Source: an uncultured delta proteobacterium
Lineage (GTDB): Bacteria > Desulfobacterota > BSN033 > UBA1163
Assembly: GCA_963827685.1 (NCBI GenBank)
Contig: CAWHBU010000005.1
Span: 32,001-96,000, forward strand
Direction of reading: 5' to 3'
DNA length: 64,000 bases
In this document: positions 49,246-59,873 of the stretch, piece by piece
Layout of the letters: each line of letters starts with the position of its first letter
Numbering within the stretch: the first letter of the stretch is position 1
Program-made: the position numbers and the translations under genes
Notes under the pieces: generated by a model
What the model saw: only the letters and a program-made list of their open reading frames with translations
Database searches by the model: none
Told to the model about the DNA's origin: nothing

Positions 49246-49809
49246 ACAATTATATGTATTTTATATGTATTTGTCAATCAAAATCTTTTTTTAAACCTTG
49301 AAGATCCAACTTGGTACCTCAAGATACTTTCTTGATATAAAACAAAAGCCCATTCCTTTTGAGAACAGGCTTAAGTTCGATCACACCATTTTTCAATACT
49401 TGAATCCCCCACCTAACCAAACAATTTAAATATAAGAGCAGAAGGCAGTCAGCAGAAGGCAGAACTAATAACCCTTCCCCACCACCCTATTTCAAAGCGA
49501 AGAGTAAAAAACTGAAGTTAAGGTTGCTCTACTTTATCGGAAAAACAACGTGCTGGCAGCTTTCACTATTTATCAGACCCAAATGGGCGGGAAGTCAACG
49601 ATTAATTTCGGATTGCGGAATGTAAAAATCTGATTAAAAATAAGAACATGGGGAGAAGTGGAGAGGGGAGAGGGCGAGACAAGGAGACACGGGGATTCTT
49701 CAATTTCGGATTGCGGATTGTGCCTGCCTGCCGGTAGGCAGGGAATTCGGAGTTTTAGAAAGCTGAAAGGCCTCAAACAATTTCTCGACAAGTCGTTACA
49801 GGGAGAGTC

Positions 49810-49893
49810 TTAGCCTTTCCGGGCGAAGTCGATGAACCCCTGCTCCACATCAGCGCGGATCAACTGAACCCGAACCCGATCACCAACATCGAG
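49810..49893 (-). pseudogene. 3' fragment resembling the C-terminus of an RNB-domain ribonuclease
   Basis: LDVGDRVRVQLIRADVEQGFIDFARKG*. Confidence 0.5.
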
Positions 49894-50010
49894 GACGACG
49901 TCTAAGGACGATCTGCATCACAGCCACTCGATGTTTGCCGATTACTTGCGACACAGTCCTAATGCTGCGTGGTCAATAAATTGTTTCTAATTTTTATTTT
50001 TTCTGCAGTT

Positions 50011-50044
50011 AAAAAAAGTCCTTGCCCTAATTCAGGGCAAGGAC
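50011..50044 (-). terminator. Intrinsic terminator
   Basis: GTCCTTGCCCT-loop-AGGGCAAGGAC followed by T7 on the minus strand, downstream of 50083. Confidence 0.85.
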
Positions 50045-50082
50045 AGAATGGTTTTCTCGGCTATTGTTTAAAATGAAAAAAA

Positions 50083-51027
50083 TTACTTCTGCTTTTCGGA
50101 ATGAGTAGCTTTAGACCCTGTACCACCTGTTTTCACAGCGCCATGCCCTCCGCCTCCTGAGGTTTTAGCTGTTCCTACTTTTGTTCCTGTCCCTGCTTTT
50201 GTTCCTGTTACTGTCTTTGTTCCTGTCCCTACTTTTGTTCCTGTTACTGTTTTTGTTCCTGTTCCTACTTTTGTTCCTGTTACTGTCTTTGTTCCTGTTC
50301 CTACTTTTGTTCCTGTTACTGTTTTTGTTCCTGTTCCTACTTTTGTTCCTGTTACTGTTTTTGTTCCTGTTCCTACTTTTGTTCCTGTTACTGTCTTTGT
50401 TCCTGTCCCTACAGTCTTTTCACTAGACCCCACTTTACTTCTTGTATCCACCTTAAGCCCCTCTTTACTTCTTGTATCCTTCCCACCCTTGTCAGTGGAC
50501 TCTTTGCCGTGATGAAGATCTCCACCATGGTGGATATCGGTATGATGAGCTTCTGTGGACTTATGAAACTCTCTTCCACCCCAATGATGCTCGGCATGTT
50601 CTCTATACCAAGGCTGTCTGTTCCAGTAGTGATTATTACCCCAATACCTCCAATGGCCATGGAAGTCACCGTAGTGTATCCGATGATATCCTGGCGGCAC
50701 TCCGAGAATATAATCAGGTGGTATAACCGCGACGGCCGGGGGGATAAGAGGTGTCTCAACATAAGCCCAGGATCCGTTGTAGATGGAAGACCTGAACCAG
50801 TGATCTTCATGGAAGCGATACCAGAGGCCTCCGAAAAAATAGAGACCTGCAGTGTTCGGCACCAAATAGACATCGCTTGCTTCACTAGGAACTACCACGA
50901 CATCGGGCGGTGCTGGAAATTCCAGAGGCGGGGGAACGCCAATGCTGATGTTCACCTCGGCCCTACCAACAATCGCCATGCCAACGACAAAAAACAGACA
51001 AACCATAACTAATACGATCTGCTTCAT
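50083..51027 (-). CDS. Exported protein with a Pro/aromatic domain, His-rich linker and Thr/Gly/Lys repeat tail
   Basis: Signal peptide, VNISIGVPPP; six VGTGTKTVTGTK units. Confidence 0.8.
   Translation of the reverse strand: MKQIVLVMVCLFFVVGMAIVGRAEVNISIGVPPPLEFPAPPDVVVVPSEASDVYLVPNTAGLYFFGGLWYRFHEDHWFRSSIYNGSWAYVETPLIPPAVAVIPPDYILGVPPGYHRIHYGDFHGHWRYWGNNHYWNRQPWYREHAEHHWGGREFHKSTEAHHTDIHHGGDLHHGKESTDKGGKDTRSKEGLKVDTRSKVGSSEKTVGTGTKTVTGTKVGTGTKTVTGTKVGTGTKTVTGTKVGTGTKTVTGTKVGTGTKTVTGTKVGTGTKTVTGTKAGTGTKVGTAKTSGGGGHGAVKTGGTGSKATHSEKQK
50169..50413. repeat. Coding tandem repeat with a 36-bp unit (18-bp subunits), about 6.5 copies
   Basis: TTTGTTCCTGTTACTGTYTTTGTTCCTGTYCCTACT repeated. Confidence 0.93.
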
Positions 51028-51749
51028 AAAATGATCCCTCCTTTGATCTCGTCCCTAAATAGAAGCCTTTCTTGTTAATAAGTAGCTTTACTTGCAGTTG
51101 GTTTATAAAAAAGCATAACCTCACCAAGGTAACCTGCTACAAAAAACTCTCAAACGGCCACTGCCGACACTCAATGACTTCCTTAGCTCCAGCTTTTATG
51201 GTTTCGATCTGGGAATGGATTGGGTGCATTTTAGATGCCAGAATAAGGAGCAATTGCAACTAATTGCTTTTTCAGGGGTTTCTCAAACATTCATTACTCT
51301 TGTTGGAACAAGAGGTGGTATTTTGTCACATAAGTGACAAATTTTCGACCATTACTGGTTACTAATTTGTATTTGAAGTCTTGTATCCTTTGATGAAACT
51401 TAAAGGTGAAAAATTACAGGAGGAAAGAGTAATTTAATGGGGATACATCCCTTTTTTTCAACTTGAATATGGCAAAATGCTTTCAAGACAAAAACACGTA
51501 AGTTCTTTTACCGTCCCCCAGCGGTCACATACCTTTGGTAATGGGCATCTTTCGCACAAGACAGTAATCTGATCTTTTGCCATAGCGGGAGGCATTGCCT
51601 AACTTTTATATTTACAAGCTTACTTCAGCTCAGATTAATTAAAGTCTGCGAAGTCCGTATTGGGAAGTCAACGACTATTTTCAATAATGCATAGCGCATG
51701 GCGCATAGAGCATAGCGTAATTAAAAAACAAAAGACTATTTTTGGTGGG

Positions 51750-52691
51750 TTAGATAGACAATCTCAATTTACTGCGGAGGATGCCGATGAGCCCGCCTCT
51801 AAAGCCGAGGACAGCGGCCATGAATAGAACCCCCATAATGAAAGTCCAGCTTTCAGTAAAGTTGCTAATAATGTCTCTTAACAGAATAATTCCAACGGCG
51901 CCCAATACAGGACCGAAAAGAGTGCCCATCCCTCCGGTAATCGTCATGACCACAACATCTCCCGAGGTGGTCCAATGGAGAGAACTTAAGGGGACGAAAT
52001 TGAGCAAAAGGGCATAAAAGCCACCCGCCAGACCGGAGAAAAAGGCTGATAAGATAAAGGCCATCAGCTTGAATTTGTCGACATCATAACCGATGCTCAT
52101 GGCTCGGTTGCGATTTTCCCGCTGGGCCTGCAATGTTCTTCCGAAAGGTGAATTAACTATTCTCACGAGTATGACGGCACAAATGATGACCGAAAATAAA
52201 AGAAAATAATAAAAAATGATCTGTGATTGCAAATTGATAGGACCCAGCCAAGGCCTCGGGACGCGCTGCAGCCCGTCATCCCCTCCTGTCAACCCTGTCC
52301 ATTTAAAGGCGATAAAATAGAACATTTGGGCAAAAGCTAAGGTCACCATGGTGAAGTAAATACCCCGGCGTCGAATACTCAAGAACCCTATAATGAATCC
52401 AGCGAGACTGCTTGCGATCACCCCGCCCAAGAGAGCCAATGGAACAGAGGGGTACAAATTTTTCAATATGAGTCCTGTACTATACGCCCCCAAGCCGAAA
52501 AATGCGGCATGGCCGAATGAAAGCATGCCCGCATAGCCCAGCATCAGGTCGAAGGCCATGGCAAAGAGAGCAAAGATAAGGATCTCACTGGCGAGGGCAA
52601 TGTATGGAGCGATATGCGGGAAGACGATGGCCAACAGGAGCGTGACTGATATAAGAATAATCTTCTGTTTTGACCATGCACCTTTATTCAT
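51750..52691 (-). CDS. Branched-chain amino acid ABC permease (LivM-like)
   Basis: GYAGMLSFGHAAFFG, YFTMVTLAFAQ, TGGDDG. Confidence 0.92.
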   Translation of the reverse strand: MNKGAWSKQKIILISVTLLLAIVFPHIAPYIALASEILIFALFAMAFDLMLGYAGMLSFGHAAFFGLGAYSTGLILKNLYPSVPLALLGGVIASSLAGFIIGFLSIRRRGIYFTMVTLAFAQMFYFIAFKWTGLTGGDDGLQRVPRPWLGPINLQSQIIFYYFLLFSVIICAVILVRIVNSPFGRTLQAQRENRNRAMSIGYDVDKFKLMAFILSAFFSGLAGGFYALLLNFVPLSSLHWTTSGDVVVMTITGGMGTLFGPVLGAVGIILLRDIISNFTESWTFIMGVLFMAAVLGFRGGLIGILRSKLRLSI

Positions 52692-53562
52692 GAAAGGCCT
52701 CACGACCGAAGAGGCCACGGGGTCTGATCAGCAAGAAAGCGGCCATGAAAATATAGATAAGCGTATGGGCCATGGGGGGCCAGACCATCACTCCGAATGC
52801 GATAATCTCCCCAACAATGAGACCTCCGACAATGGAGCCTGCGATACTGCCCATACCTCCCACCACCACCACAACAAAACAATCAACCAAGAAGTCTACA
52901 CCCATCAGGTGACTGACATTCTGAAGAGGAGCGGCCAGGACGCCAGCTAACCCGGCCAGCCCGATACCCATTCCAAAGACCAATGTAAAAATCTTGGAGA
53001 TATTGATTCCCAGCGAATCGACCATGATGCTGTTGTCCGTCCCGGCTCTGATGATGGCTCCAAGCTTGGTCTTCGAGAGAAATAGCCACACCCCTGACGA
53101 GCACAGCGACGTAATGATGATCAGGAAAATGCGATACTTGGGGTAGTACATGAAGCCCAGGTTGATGGCCCCATCCAGTGATGAGGGAGTGCTGAAGGGA
53201 ACCCCTGCACTGCCATAAATCATCCGGATAAAATCCTGGAGGACCAACATCAGACCGAAGGTGAACAACATAATATAGAGAGGGGGCAGATTGTAAAGGC
53301 GTCGCAGGAGGAAGGCTTCGCAGGCGGCACCGAAGAGTGCCATGGCGATAGGACCGATGAGAAGAGCCAACCAAAAGTTAGGGAAAACGTAAGCCATGAT
53401 CGTATAGGCCACGAAGGCGCCGAACATATAAAACGCCCCGTGAGCGAAGTTGATGATACCGAGCATACCAAAGATGATCGTCAAGCCAAGGGAGAGAAGG
53501 ACATAGATGGACCCCATGATGAGTCCATTAAAAAGTTGCATGCCTATAAACTGTATATTCAT
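52684..53562 (-). CDS. Branched-chain amino acid ABC permease (LivH-like)
   Basis: GLTIIFG..INFAHG, VVVGGMGS, RPRGLFG. Confidence 0.92.
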   Translation of the reverse strand: MNIQFIGMQLFNGLIMGSIYVLLSLGLTIIFGMLGIINFAHGAFYMFGAFVAYTIMAYVFPNFWLALLIGPIAMALFGAACEAFLLRRLYNLPPLYIMLFTFGLMLVLQDFIRMIYGSAGVPFSTPSSLDGAINLGFMYYPKYRIFLIIITSLCSSGVWLFLSKTKLGAIIRAGTDNSIMVDSLGINISKIFTLVFGMGIGLAGLAGVLAAPLQNVSHLMGVDFLVDCFVVVVVGGMGSIAGSIVGGLIVGEIIAFGVMVWPPMAHTLIYIFMAAFLLIRPRGLFGREAFHE

Positions 53563-53595
53563 TTAGCCTCGTCCCTTTAGAAGCCTGGGAGTATC

Positions 53596-53637
53596 CATGG
53601 AAGTGTACCCCAAGTTTTCTCGGGATACACTTCCATG
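53596..53637 (-). terminator. Hairpin after the binding-protein gene (attenuator or mRNA stabiliser)
   Basis: CATGGAAGTGTA...TACACTTCCATG inverted repeat. Confidence 0.55.
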
Positions 53638-53649
53638 TCTGGTTTCAAG

Positions 53650-54870
53650 TTAGAAGTCACCCATCTTGCAGCCTGTTTCCTTCACATCCTGGTAGGCCTG
53701 TTCCGCTGGGACCACACCGACAATTTGAAAGTAATCCCAAGGTTCTTTGATCTCGCTTGGCCTCTTGGCCCGCAAGATGTATGCCTTGCCGACCCTCTTA
53801 TGGTCCTCCGGCCGGATATATCCAGGGTTTGCAAAGAAATCATTGAATTTATACCCCTCTAAAGCCTTGATGACAGCTTGAGGATCCTTACTTCCGGCTC
53901 TCCTGACAGCCAGCAAATACTGGGTCACACAGCTGTAATTGCCGGCATTGAACCAGTTCGGTGGTCGTCCAAACTTTTTCATCCATTTAGCAACAAATTC
54001 CTTAACACCAGGTTGGTCAACCTTCCAGTCCCAGGAGGCCGTCACGTAATTATCGGCAAAAACCTCCGGACCTGCAGCCTTGATATCTTCAGGAAATAAC
54101 AAGGCGTGAACAATCTTGGCTTGTTTCTTCAACCCAAATTCGACGGCCTGTTTGGCAGAGTTGACCGTGTCTTTACCAGCGTTCAAAAGGGCCACCACCT
54201 CTGGTTTTGCATTCATGGCCTTTATGATAAAGGGACTGAAGTCAGAAGCCCCCAGAGGTACCATCTCGTTTCCGAGCAATGTTCCGCCCCGTTTCTGCAA
54301 AGCGGCGCTGAAGTGTTTAAGCAAGTCATGGCCCCAGGCATAGTCAGCCGTGATCGTGTACCATTTCTTGCCCAGGTTGTCAGCCGCCCATATGCCGGCC
54401 GATGTGGCCAGGACATAGTCGTTGTAGGCCCAGTGAAAGGTGTAACGGTTGCACAGGTCACCGGTATACCTTGTGGTACCCGAGGTAATAGCGATAAAGA
54501 TTTTCTTGTAACGCAAGGCCTGGTTGGTTACGGCCAATCCGGAGGCACTGTTAGGACAATCAAAGATCACATCCACCTTCTCTTTTTCGTACAACTCTAT
54601 CGCCTTCTGATTGGCCAGATCAGCCTTACACTGATGGTCTCGATAAACATACTCAATGTTCATCCCGAGAACTTTACCGCCGAAATCCTCAATAGCCATT
54701 TTGGCAGCGTTGATGTTCCCCCAACCTGCTAACTCGGCATACGGACCCGACATATCCGTAAGCGTGGCGATTTTGAGCGTTTCAGCCGAAAAGGCCGGAG
54801 ACACGATAAACCCTGAGATGAGAACAACAACCATGAACCGAATGAATTTCTTACTCTTATCCATTGTCAT
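53650..54870 (-). CDS. ABC substrate-binding protein, branched-chain amino acid type
   Basis: Signal peptide, LTDMSGPYA, AIEDFGGKVLG, ADYAWG. Confidence 0.92.
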   Translation of the reverse strand: MTMDKSKKFIRFMVVVLISGFIVSPAFSAETLKIATLTDMSGPYAELAGWGNINAAKMAIEDFGGKVLGMNIEYVYRDHQCKADLANQKAIELYEKEKVDVIFDCPNSASGLAVTNQALRYKKIFIAITSGTTRYTGDLCNRYTFHWAYNDYVLATSAGIWAADNLGKKWYTITADYAWGHDLLKHFSAALQKRGGTLLGNEMVPLGASDFSPFIIKAMNAKPEVVALLNAGKDTVNSAKQAVEFGLKKQAKIVHALLFPEDIKAAGPEVFADNYVTASWDWKVDQPGVKEFVAKWMKKFGRPPNWFNAGNYSCVTQYLLAVRRAGSKDPQAVIKALEGYKFNDFFANPGYIRPEDHKRVGKAYILRAKRPSEIKEPWDYFQIVGVVPAEQAYQDVKETGCKMGDF

Positions 54871-54998
54871 TACCTCCTTTATTCTGAAGATCGGATTGAA
54901 ATGGATTCGGGAATTGATATTACCACCTCCTTTTTTTTAGATTTTCCTTGATCCCATCAAATAATCCCTGAATCCGTAAATCTCCAATTCCTAAATTC

Positions 54999-55694
54999 TT
55001 AAACCCCTAAATATCTTTTCTGCACTTCTGCATCGGCCTTGAACTCCTCGTTGCTTCCTTCATAAACGATTTCCCCATTGTAGAGGATGCAGTGCTTGTC
55101 AGAGACTCCCGTGGCAAACCGGGTGTTCTGCTCTACCAGAAGAATGGTGATACCTGTCTTCCTGATTTCTTTAAGGATGGTGCCGATCTCCCGAACCAGC
55201 AAAGGGGCCAACCCCTCTGTGGGTTCATCGAGAAGCATCAGCTTGAGGTCCATAGTAAGAATTCGCGCGATGGCCAGCATCTGTTGTTCACCACCGGAGA
55301 GTTGCGATCCTTTTTGATCCGCTCGCTCTCTCAGAACAGGAAAGTACTGATAGATTTTCTCAAGGTCCCAAAGACCTCCTCGACTTCCCTTAGAAGGTAA
55401 CGAAAGATTTTCAAGAACAGTCAGGCTGGCAAAGATCATTCTTTCCTCAGGGACGTAGCCCACGCCCAATGAGGCAATCGAATGCGGTTTTCGGCCGCAA
55501 ATATTGATGCCATCGAAGGTGATCGTTCCCTGCTTTGGAGGAACAATTCCCATAATGCTCCGGAGGGTCGTGGTCTTACCTGCTCCGTTGCGACCCAGGA
55601 GGGTAACCAATTCTCCCTTCTTTATTTCAGAAGAGATCCCTTTGAGGATGTGACTTTCCCCATAATAGGTATGGACGTCCTGAAGAGCAAGCAC
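54999..55694 (-). CDS. ABC ATP-binding protein (LivF-like)
   Basis: GRNGAGKTT, LSGGEQQMLA, LDEPTEGLAP. Confidence 0.94.
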   Translation of the reverse strand: MLALQDVHTYYGESHILKGISSEIKKGELVTLLGRNGAGKTTTLRSIMGIVPPKQGTITFDGINICGRKPHSIASLGVGYVPEERMIFASLTVLENLSLPSKGSRGGLWDLEKIYQYFPVLRERADQKGSQLSGGEQQMLAIARILTMDLKLMLLDEPTEGLAPLLVREIGTILKEIRKTGITILLVEQNTRFATGVSDKHCILYNGEIVYEGSNEEFKADAEVQKRYLGV

Positions 55695-56468
55695 TCAAAT
55701 ACCTCCCAAATAGGCCTCCTGCACTTTTTGATTATTCGTGATCTCAGAGGCAGGCCCTTCGGCCAAGACACCTCCCTGATACAGGACTGTAATGATGTCT
55801 GAAATCGAAAGGACAATATCAATATTATGTTCGATGACGAGGACCGGAATATTTTTCGAAATCTCGGAAACGAGACCAATGATCCGATTCGCATCTTCCT
55901 GGCTCAGACCGGAGGTGGGTTCATCCAAGAGAATGATCTTCGGGTCTGTGGCCAGAGAAATGCCAATATCAAGGCATCTCTGTAATCCATACGAAAGATT
56001 CTTTGCCGTCACATCCGCCGCATCGTACAAACCCACATCTCTTAGGACCCTTTCTGTCTTCTCGTCTACACCCTTTAAGCTTTTGAAAGAGATAAGGAAA
56101 TGATAAGAGGCCTTAAGCCGAGACTGAACGGCTAAGCGAACGTTTTCGTAAACCGTCAGCTCAGGGAAGATGCTGGTGATTTGAAAAGAGCGGGCCATTC
56201 CCAACTGAGAAGTCTTGTAAGGCTCAAGGTCTGTGATATCTTCTCCAAGGTAAAATATCTTTCCAGAATCTGGTTTCAGAAATCCGGTCAGCAAGTTGAA
56301 CAGAGTCGTTTTCCCTGCGCCGTTAGGCCCGATAATAGAATGGACCCCGGACTCCACCTTGAGATTCACCCGATCCACTGCCCTTAAGGCACCAAAATTC
56401 TTGCTCAAACCTTCGGTCTGGAGAACTCCATGATTAGAGTTGCTTTTCTCTCTCACGGTTGGTTCCAT
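55695..56468 (-). CDS. ABC ATP-binding protein (LivG-like)
   Basis: GPNGAGKTT, RSFQ, LDEPTSG, VQEAYLG; start uncertain. Confidence 0.93.
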   Translation of the reverse strand: MEPTVREKSNSNHGVLQTEGLSKNFGALRAVDRVNLKVESGVHSIIGPNGAGKTTLFNLLTGFLKPDSGKIFYLGEDITDLEPYKTSQLGMARSFQITSIFPELTVYENVRLAVQSRLKASYHFLISFKSLKGVDEKTERVLRDVGLYDAADVTAKNLSYGLQRCLDIGISLATDPKIILLDEPTSGLSQEDANRIIGLVSEISKNIPVLVIEHNIDIVLSISDIITVLYQGGVLAEGPASEITNNQKVQEAYLGGI

Positions 56469-56798
56469 CTCTCGCTCTGGAGTAAGGAAAGAAATGAAGG
56501 ACAAAGAAGATCACACATTTTTTCGATATTTAATAGATAATTCAGTCGGGGCAACGGAGAAGACTATAGTGGCCTTTTCTTCGGTTGTCAAGCCTTAAAT
56601 CTCCTATTTTTGTCCCTCCTTGGGCTGAACTCGCACCGAATCTCTCTGCTCCAGCCCGGTGGAACGCAGACGCAGGAGAGCGCGAATGGGGAAGGCAAGG
56701 AATAAAATTTACTCCCTACCCTGCCTGATTCTGATCACGGAGAAAGAGAGAAGCTCTTTGGCTTGACCATAAATAGTGAAAGTGATAACATTTTGTGA

Positions 56799-58316
56799 AT
56801 GAATTTTGCAGAAATCCTGAAAAAGTATCGTAAACAGATTGCGGATGAGTGGATTTATCGGCTCCACTCAGAGGTGAGTGAACGCTATCGTGGTCGACCA
56901 GTAGACGAACTCTTTCACACCGTCTCAAGAGCAAATGAAGCAAATTATGCAGTACTCATCCATAATGATTTTTCGAAGATAAATGACCATATCCGGTGGA
57001 TCACCAACTTACGCCTTGAAGGAGGCTTTTCCCTCTCGGAAGTTCAGAGTGCGTATGAACTCTATAGGACCGTTCTCCTCCCTATCCTCCCGAACGAGTT
57101 AGACGAGAATAGCCTTCACGACGCCTTGAAGCGTATGAATTATTGCCTCTTTTATACCATTACAAAATTCAGTAATTATTTCCAGTCATTACATGAGAAA
57201 CATATCAGAGAATATGCTCAAAATCTTGAAGGAGAGGTAGTAAAAAGGACAAAAGAACTTGCCGAATCAGAATCCAAATACCGGGTCCTCGTTGAGGAGA
57301 TAAACGACGGGTATTTTGTCAACCAGAATGGGCGTATCGTTTTTGCAAATCAGGCGTATTGCGACCTCCACGGTTACTCTTCCCAGGAAATGTTAGAAAA
57401 ACCTTATACAGACCTTACCGCCCCTAAATCACTCCCTATGGTACGGAGACTTTATGAGAAGAGAATGGCCGGTGAGGATACAAAGGACCTTTACATTTAC
57501 TTTCGCCGTCACAAGAATGGCAGCACCTTGCCCACAGAGAATAAGGTGAAACGGATATTCTACCAGGGTGAATATGCTGTGGCAGGCATCTGCAGGGACA
57601 TCACGGAGAGGATCGAAACGGAGAAGCGGATCCGAGAGTCCGAGCGTCTTGCCCATATCGGAAAACTGACTACCTCTCTTGCCCATGAGATACGGAATCC
57701 TCTCTCATCAGTAAAGATGAATAGTCAGATCATCTTAAAAAATATGGAGTTTGACGGCAACGATAAGAGGCGCATGGAGATCATCGTCCACGAGATATCG
57801 CGGCTGGAGAAAATTCTCGATGAGATGCTTGACTTTGCAAGGCCGGTAAAGTTGAATCTTGAGCCTGCCTCGATCAATAGCGTGATGGACGCCTGTCTCG
57901 AGATCATGGATGCCAGGATTAGAGAAAAGGATATCGCCGTGAAAAAGCGATATGTCAGAGGCTTACCTCAGATTCTTCTTGATCATGAGAAGATAGAGCA
58001 GGCAATATTCAATGTCTTGCTGAATGCGGTGGAAGTGCTACCAGAAGGAGGACACATAGAGATCGTCACGAAGCAGTTGAGGAGGGACAATAGGACTCTT
58101 CAGGTCGAAATCAGCGACAACGGACCCGGAATCAGCACGGAGGATCTCCCCTATGTTTTCGACCCCTTTTTCAGCAACAAAAAAAAGGGCACGGGCCTCG
58201 GCCTTTCCAATGTGAAGAAAATAATAGAGGCCCACGGAGGCGCAGGGAGCGTGGCGGTCCGAAAACCACACGGGACGCGGGTCAGTCTTACCATTCCTTT
58301 CAGGGAGATGACATGA
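56799..58316 (+). CDS. Cytoplasmic sensor histidine kinase (RsbRD_N-like, PAS, HisKA/HATPase)
   Basis: LAHEIRNPL H-box, N/G1/F/G2 boxes, PAS domain; no TM segment. Confidence 0.93.
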   Translation: MNFAEILKKYRKQIADEWIYRLHSEVSERYRGRPVDELFHTVSRANEANYAVLIHNDFSKINDHIRWITNLRLEGGFSLSEVQSAYELYRTVLLPILPNELDENSLHDALKRMNYCLFYTITKFSNYFQSLHEKHIREYAQNLEGEVVKRTKELAESESKYRVLVEEINDGYFVNQNGRIVFANQAYCDLHGYSSQEMLEKPYTDLTAPKSLPMVRRLYEKRMAGEDTKDLYIYFRRHKNGSTLPTENKVKRIFYQGEYAVAGICRDITERIETEKRIRESERLAHIGKLTTSLAHEIRNPLSSVKMNSQIILKNMEFDGNDKRRMEIIVHEISRLEKILDEMLDFARPVKLNLEPASINSVMDACLEIMDARIREKDIAVKKRYVRGLPQILLDHEKIEQAIFNVLLNAVEVLPEGGHIEIVTKQLRRDNRTLQVEISDNGPGISTEDLPYVFDPFFSNKKKGTGLGLSNVKKIIEAHGGAGSVAVRKPHGTRVSLTIPFREMT

Positions 58317-59686
58317 AACCTAAAAGGATTCTCATCATTGATGATGAACGCCCCCTTCTTGAAACCCTTGAAATGTTCCTCGCTGAGAAGGGTTATGCGG
58401 TAGGGTGTGCGATGTCCGCGAAAGAGGGCTTGAAGCAAAGCACCGCCTTTGATCCCCATGTGATCATCCTTGACATCCGCCTTCCCGACATGAATGGCCT
58501 TGACGTTCTCCAAGAACTGATTCGCAATGGCAGAAAGAATATTATCATCATTACCGCATTCCATGATATGGATATCACCATTAAGGCAGTGAAATTCGGT
58601 GCTTTCGACTATATTCCCAAACCGATAGACGTGGAAGAACTCGACAGGGTGATAGACAGAGCTCTAAAATCTTCAAGCTCGGCCCGAACTGCCGAGACCA
58701 TATGTGTGGATCCTTCTTTATTGTATGTAGAGGGCAAAATCATCGGAAAAGACAGGGGAATGAAAGAGATCTTCAAGGCCATAGGCGTGCTGTCAGAGAA
58801 CCGGGTGACGGTTCTCATCGAGGGAGAGACGGGTACCGGCAAGGAACTGATAGCAAGGGCAATCCACTACAATAGTCCTTACAAGGAGCATCCTTTCCGC
58901 GCTATAAACTGCTCAACCATCGTGGGAACACTCTTGGAAAGCGAACTTTTTGGTCATGAGAAAGGCGCTTTCACCGGTGCATCCAGTTTAAAGAGGGGAA
59001 AGTTTGAACTCGCCGGTCAAGGGACCATTTTCCTTGACGAGATAGGGGAGATCCCTTTTGAACTCCAGTCGAAACTGTTGAGATTTTTGGAGGAAAAAGA
59101 ATTTGAGCGTCTCGGGGGAGAAGAGAAGATTAGATCGAATGCAAGGGTAATCACTGCAACGAATAAGGATCTCTGGAAGATGGTTCGGAATGGTGTCTTC
59201 AGAGAAGATCTCTATTACAGACTCAACGTGGCCACCATCAAGGTCCCACCACTCAGGGAGCGGAAGTCTGATATACCGCTCTTGGTTGAACACATCCTCA
59301 GAAAAATCAACTGTCAGCTTAGCAAAGGTATAAGAAAAGTTGAAGAGGAGGCCCTCAAGAGGATGACGGAGTACGATTGGCCGGGTAATGTCAGGGAGAT
59401 AGAGAACATCCTTACCCACGCAGCCATCCATACCCAAGGGGAAATCATTCTTGAGGAACTTATCATTCCGTTGCTCGGAAATGAATTACCCAACCATCAG
59501 AGTTCAAAAGACGTGCATAATAGGGAACAGAACCTCAAGGACATAGAGAAGGAGTACATTATAGGGGTACTCAACCATACCCACTGGCATCTGGGGAAGG
59601 CATGTGAGGTTCTCGGGATTTCACGGCCCACACTCCGCCATAAACTCAAAGCATACGAAATTTCAAGCGACCCTCATACAAACTAA
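58313..59686 (+). CDS. Sigma54-dependent response regulator (NtrC family)
   Basis: REC domain, GETGTGKE, GAFTGA, WPGNVRE, Fis-type HTH. Confidence 0.96.
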   Translation: MKPKRILIIDDERPLLETLEMFLAEKGYAVGCAMSAKEGLKQSTAFDPHVIILDIRLPDMNGLDVLQELIRNGRKNIIIITAFHDMDITIKAVKFGAFDYIPKPIDVEELDRVIDRALKSSSSARTAETICVDPSLLYVEGKIIGKDRGMKEIFKAIGVLSENRVTVLIEGETGTGKELIARAIHYNSPYKEHPFRAINCSTIVGTLLESELFGHEKGAFTGASSLKRGKFELAGQGTIFLDEIGEIPFELQSKLLRFLEEKEFERLGGEEKIRSNARVITATNKDLWKMVRNGVFREDLYYRLNVATIKVPPLRERKSDIPLLVEHILRKINCQLSKGIRKVEEEALKRMTEYDWPGNVREIENILTHAAIHTQGEIILEELIIPLLGNELPNHQSSKDVHNREQNLKDIEKEYIIGVLNHTHWHLGKACEVLGISRPTLRHKLKAYEISSDPHTN

Positions 59687-59858
59687 TGTTGCAGGTAAGC
59701 TTTCCTCTCTATATTCCAGTCCTAAGGCTAACTGGTTACAAACTGCTATTGAAAATAATTTTCAAAAAGTGAAAGATCGATTCAAATCAACTGGGAGACC
59801 GTATCCCCCAAGTCCCGTAATACCTTGTAATTTCATCAATTATTGCTGACAGGATGGC

Positions 59859-59873
59859 TGGCACAACTCTTGC
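59859..59873 (+). promoter_or_regulatory. Sigma54 -24/-12 promoter for the downstream ABC operon
   Basis: TGGCAC-AACTC-TTGC immediately downstream of the sigma54 activator gene. Confidence 0.7.

Noticed and set aside
50181-50426. Leu/Phe-rich plus-strand ORF
   Set aside because: Antisense translation of the 36-bp tandem repeat.
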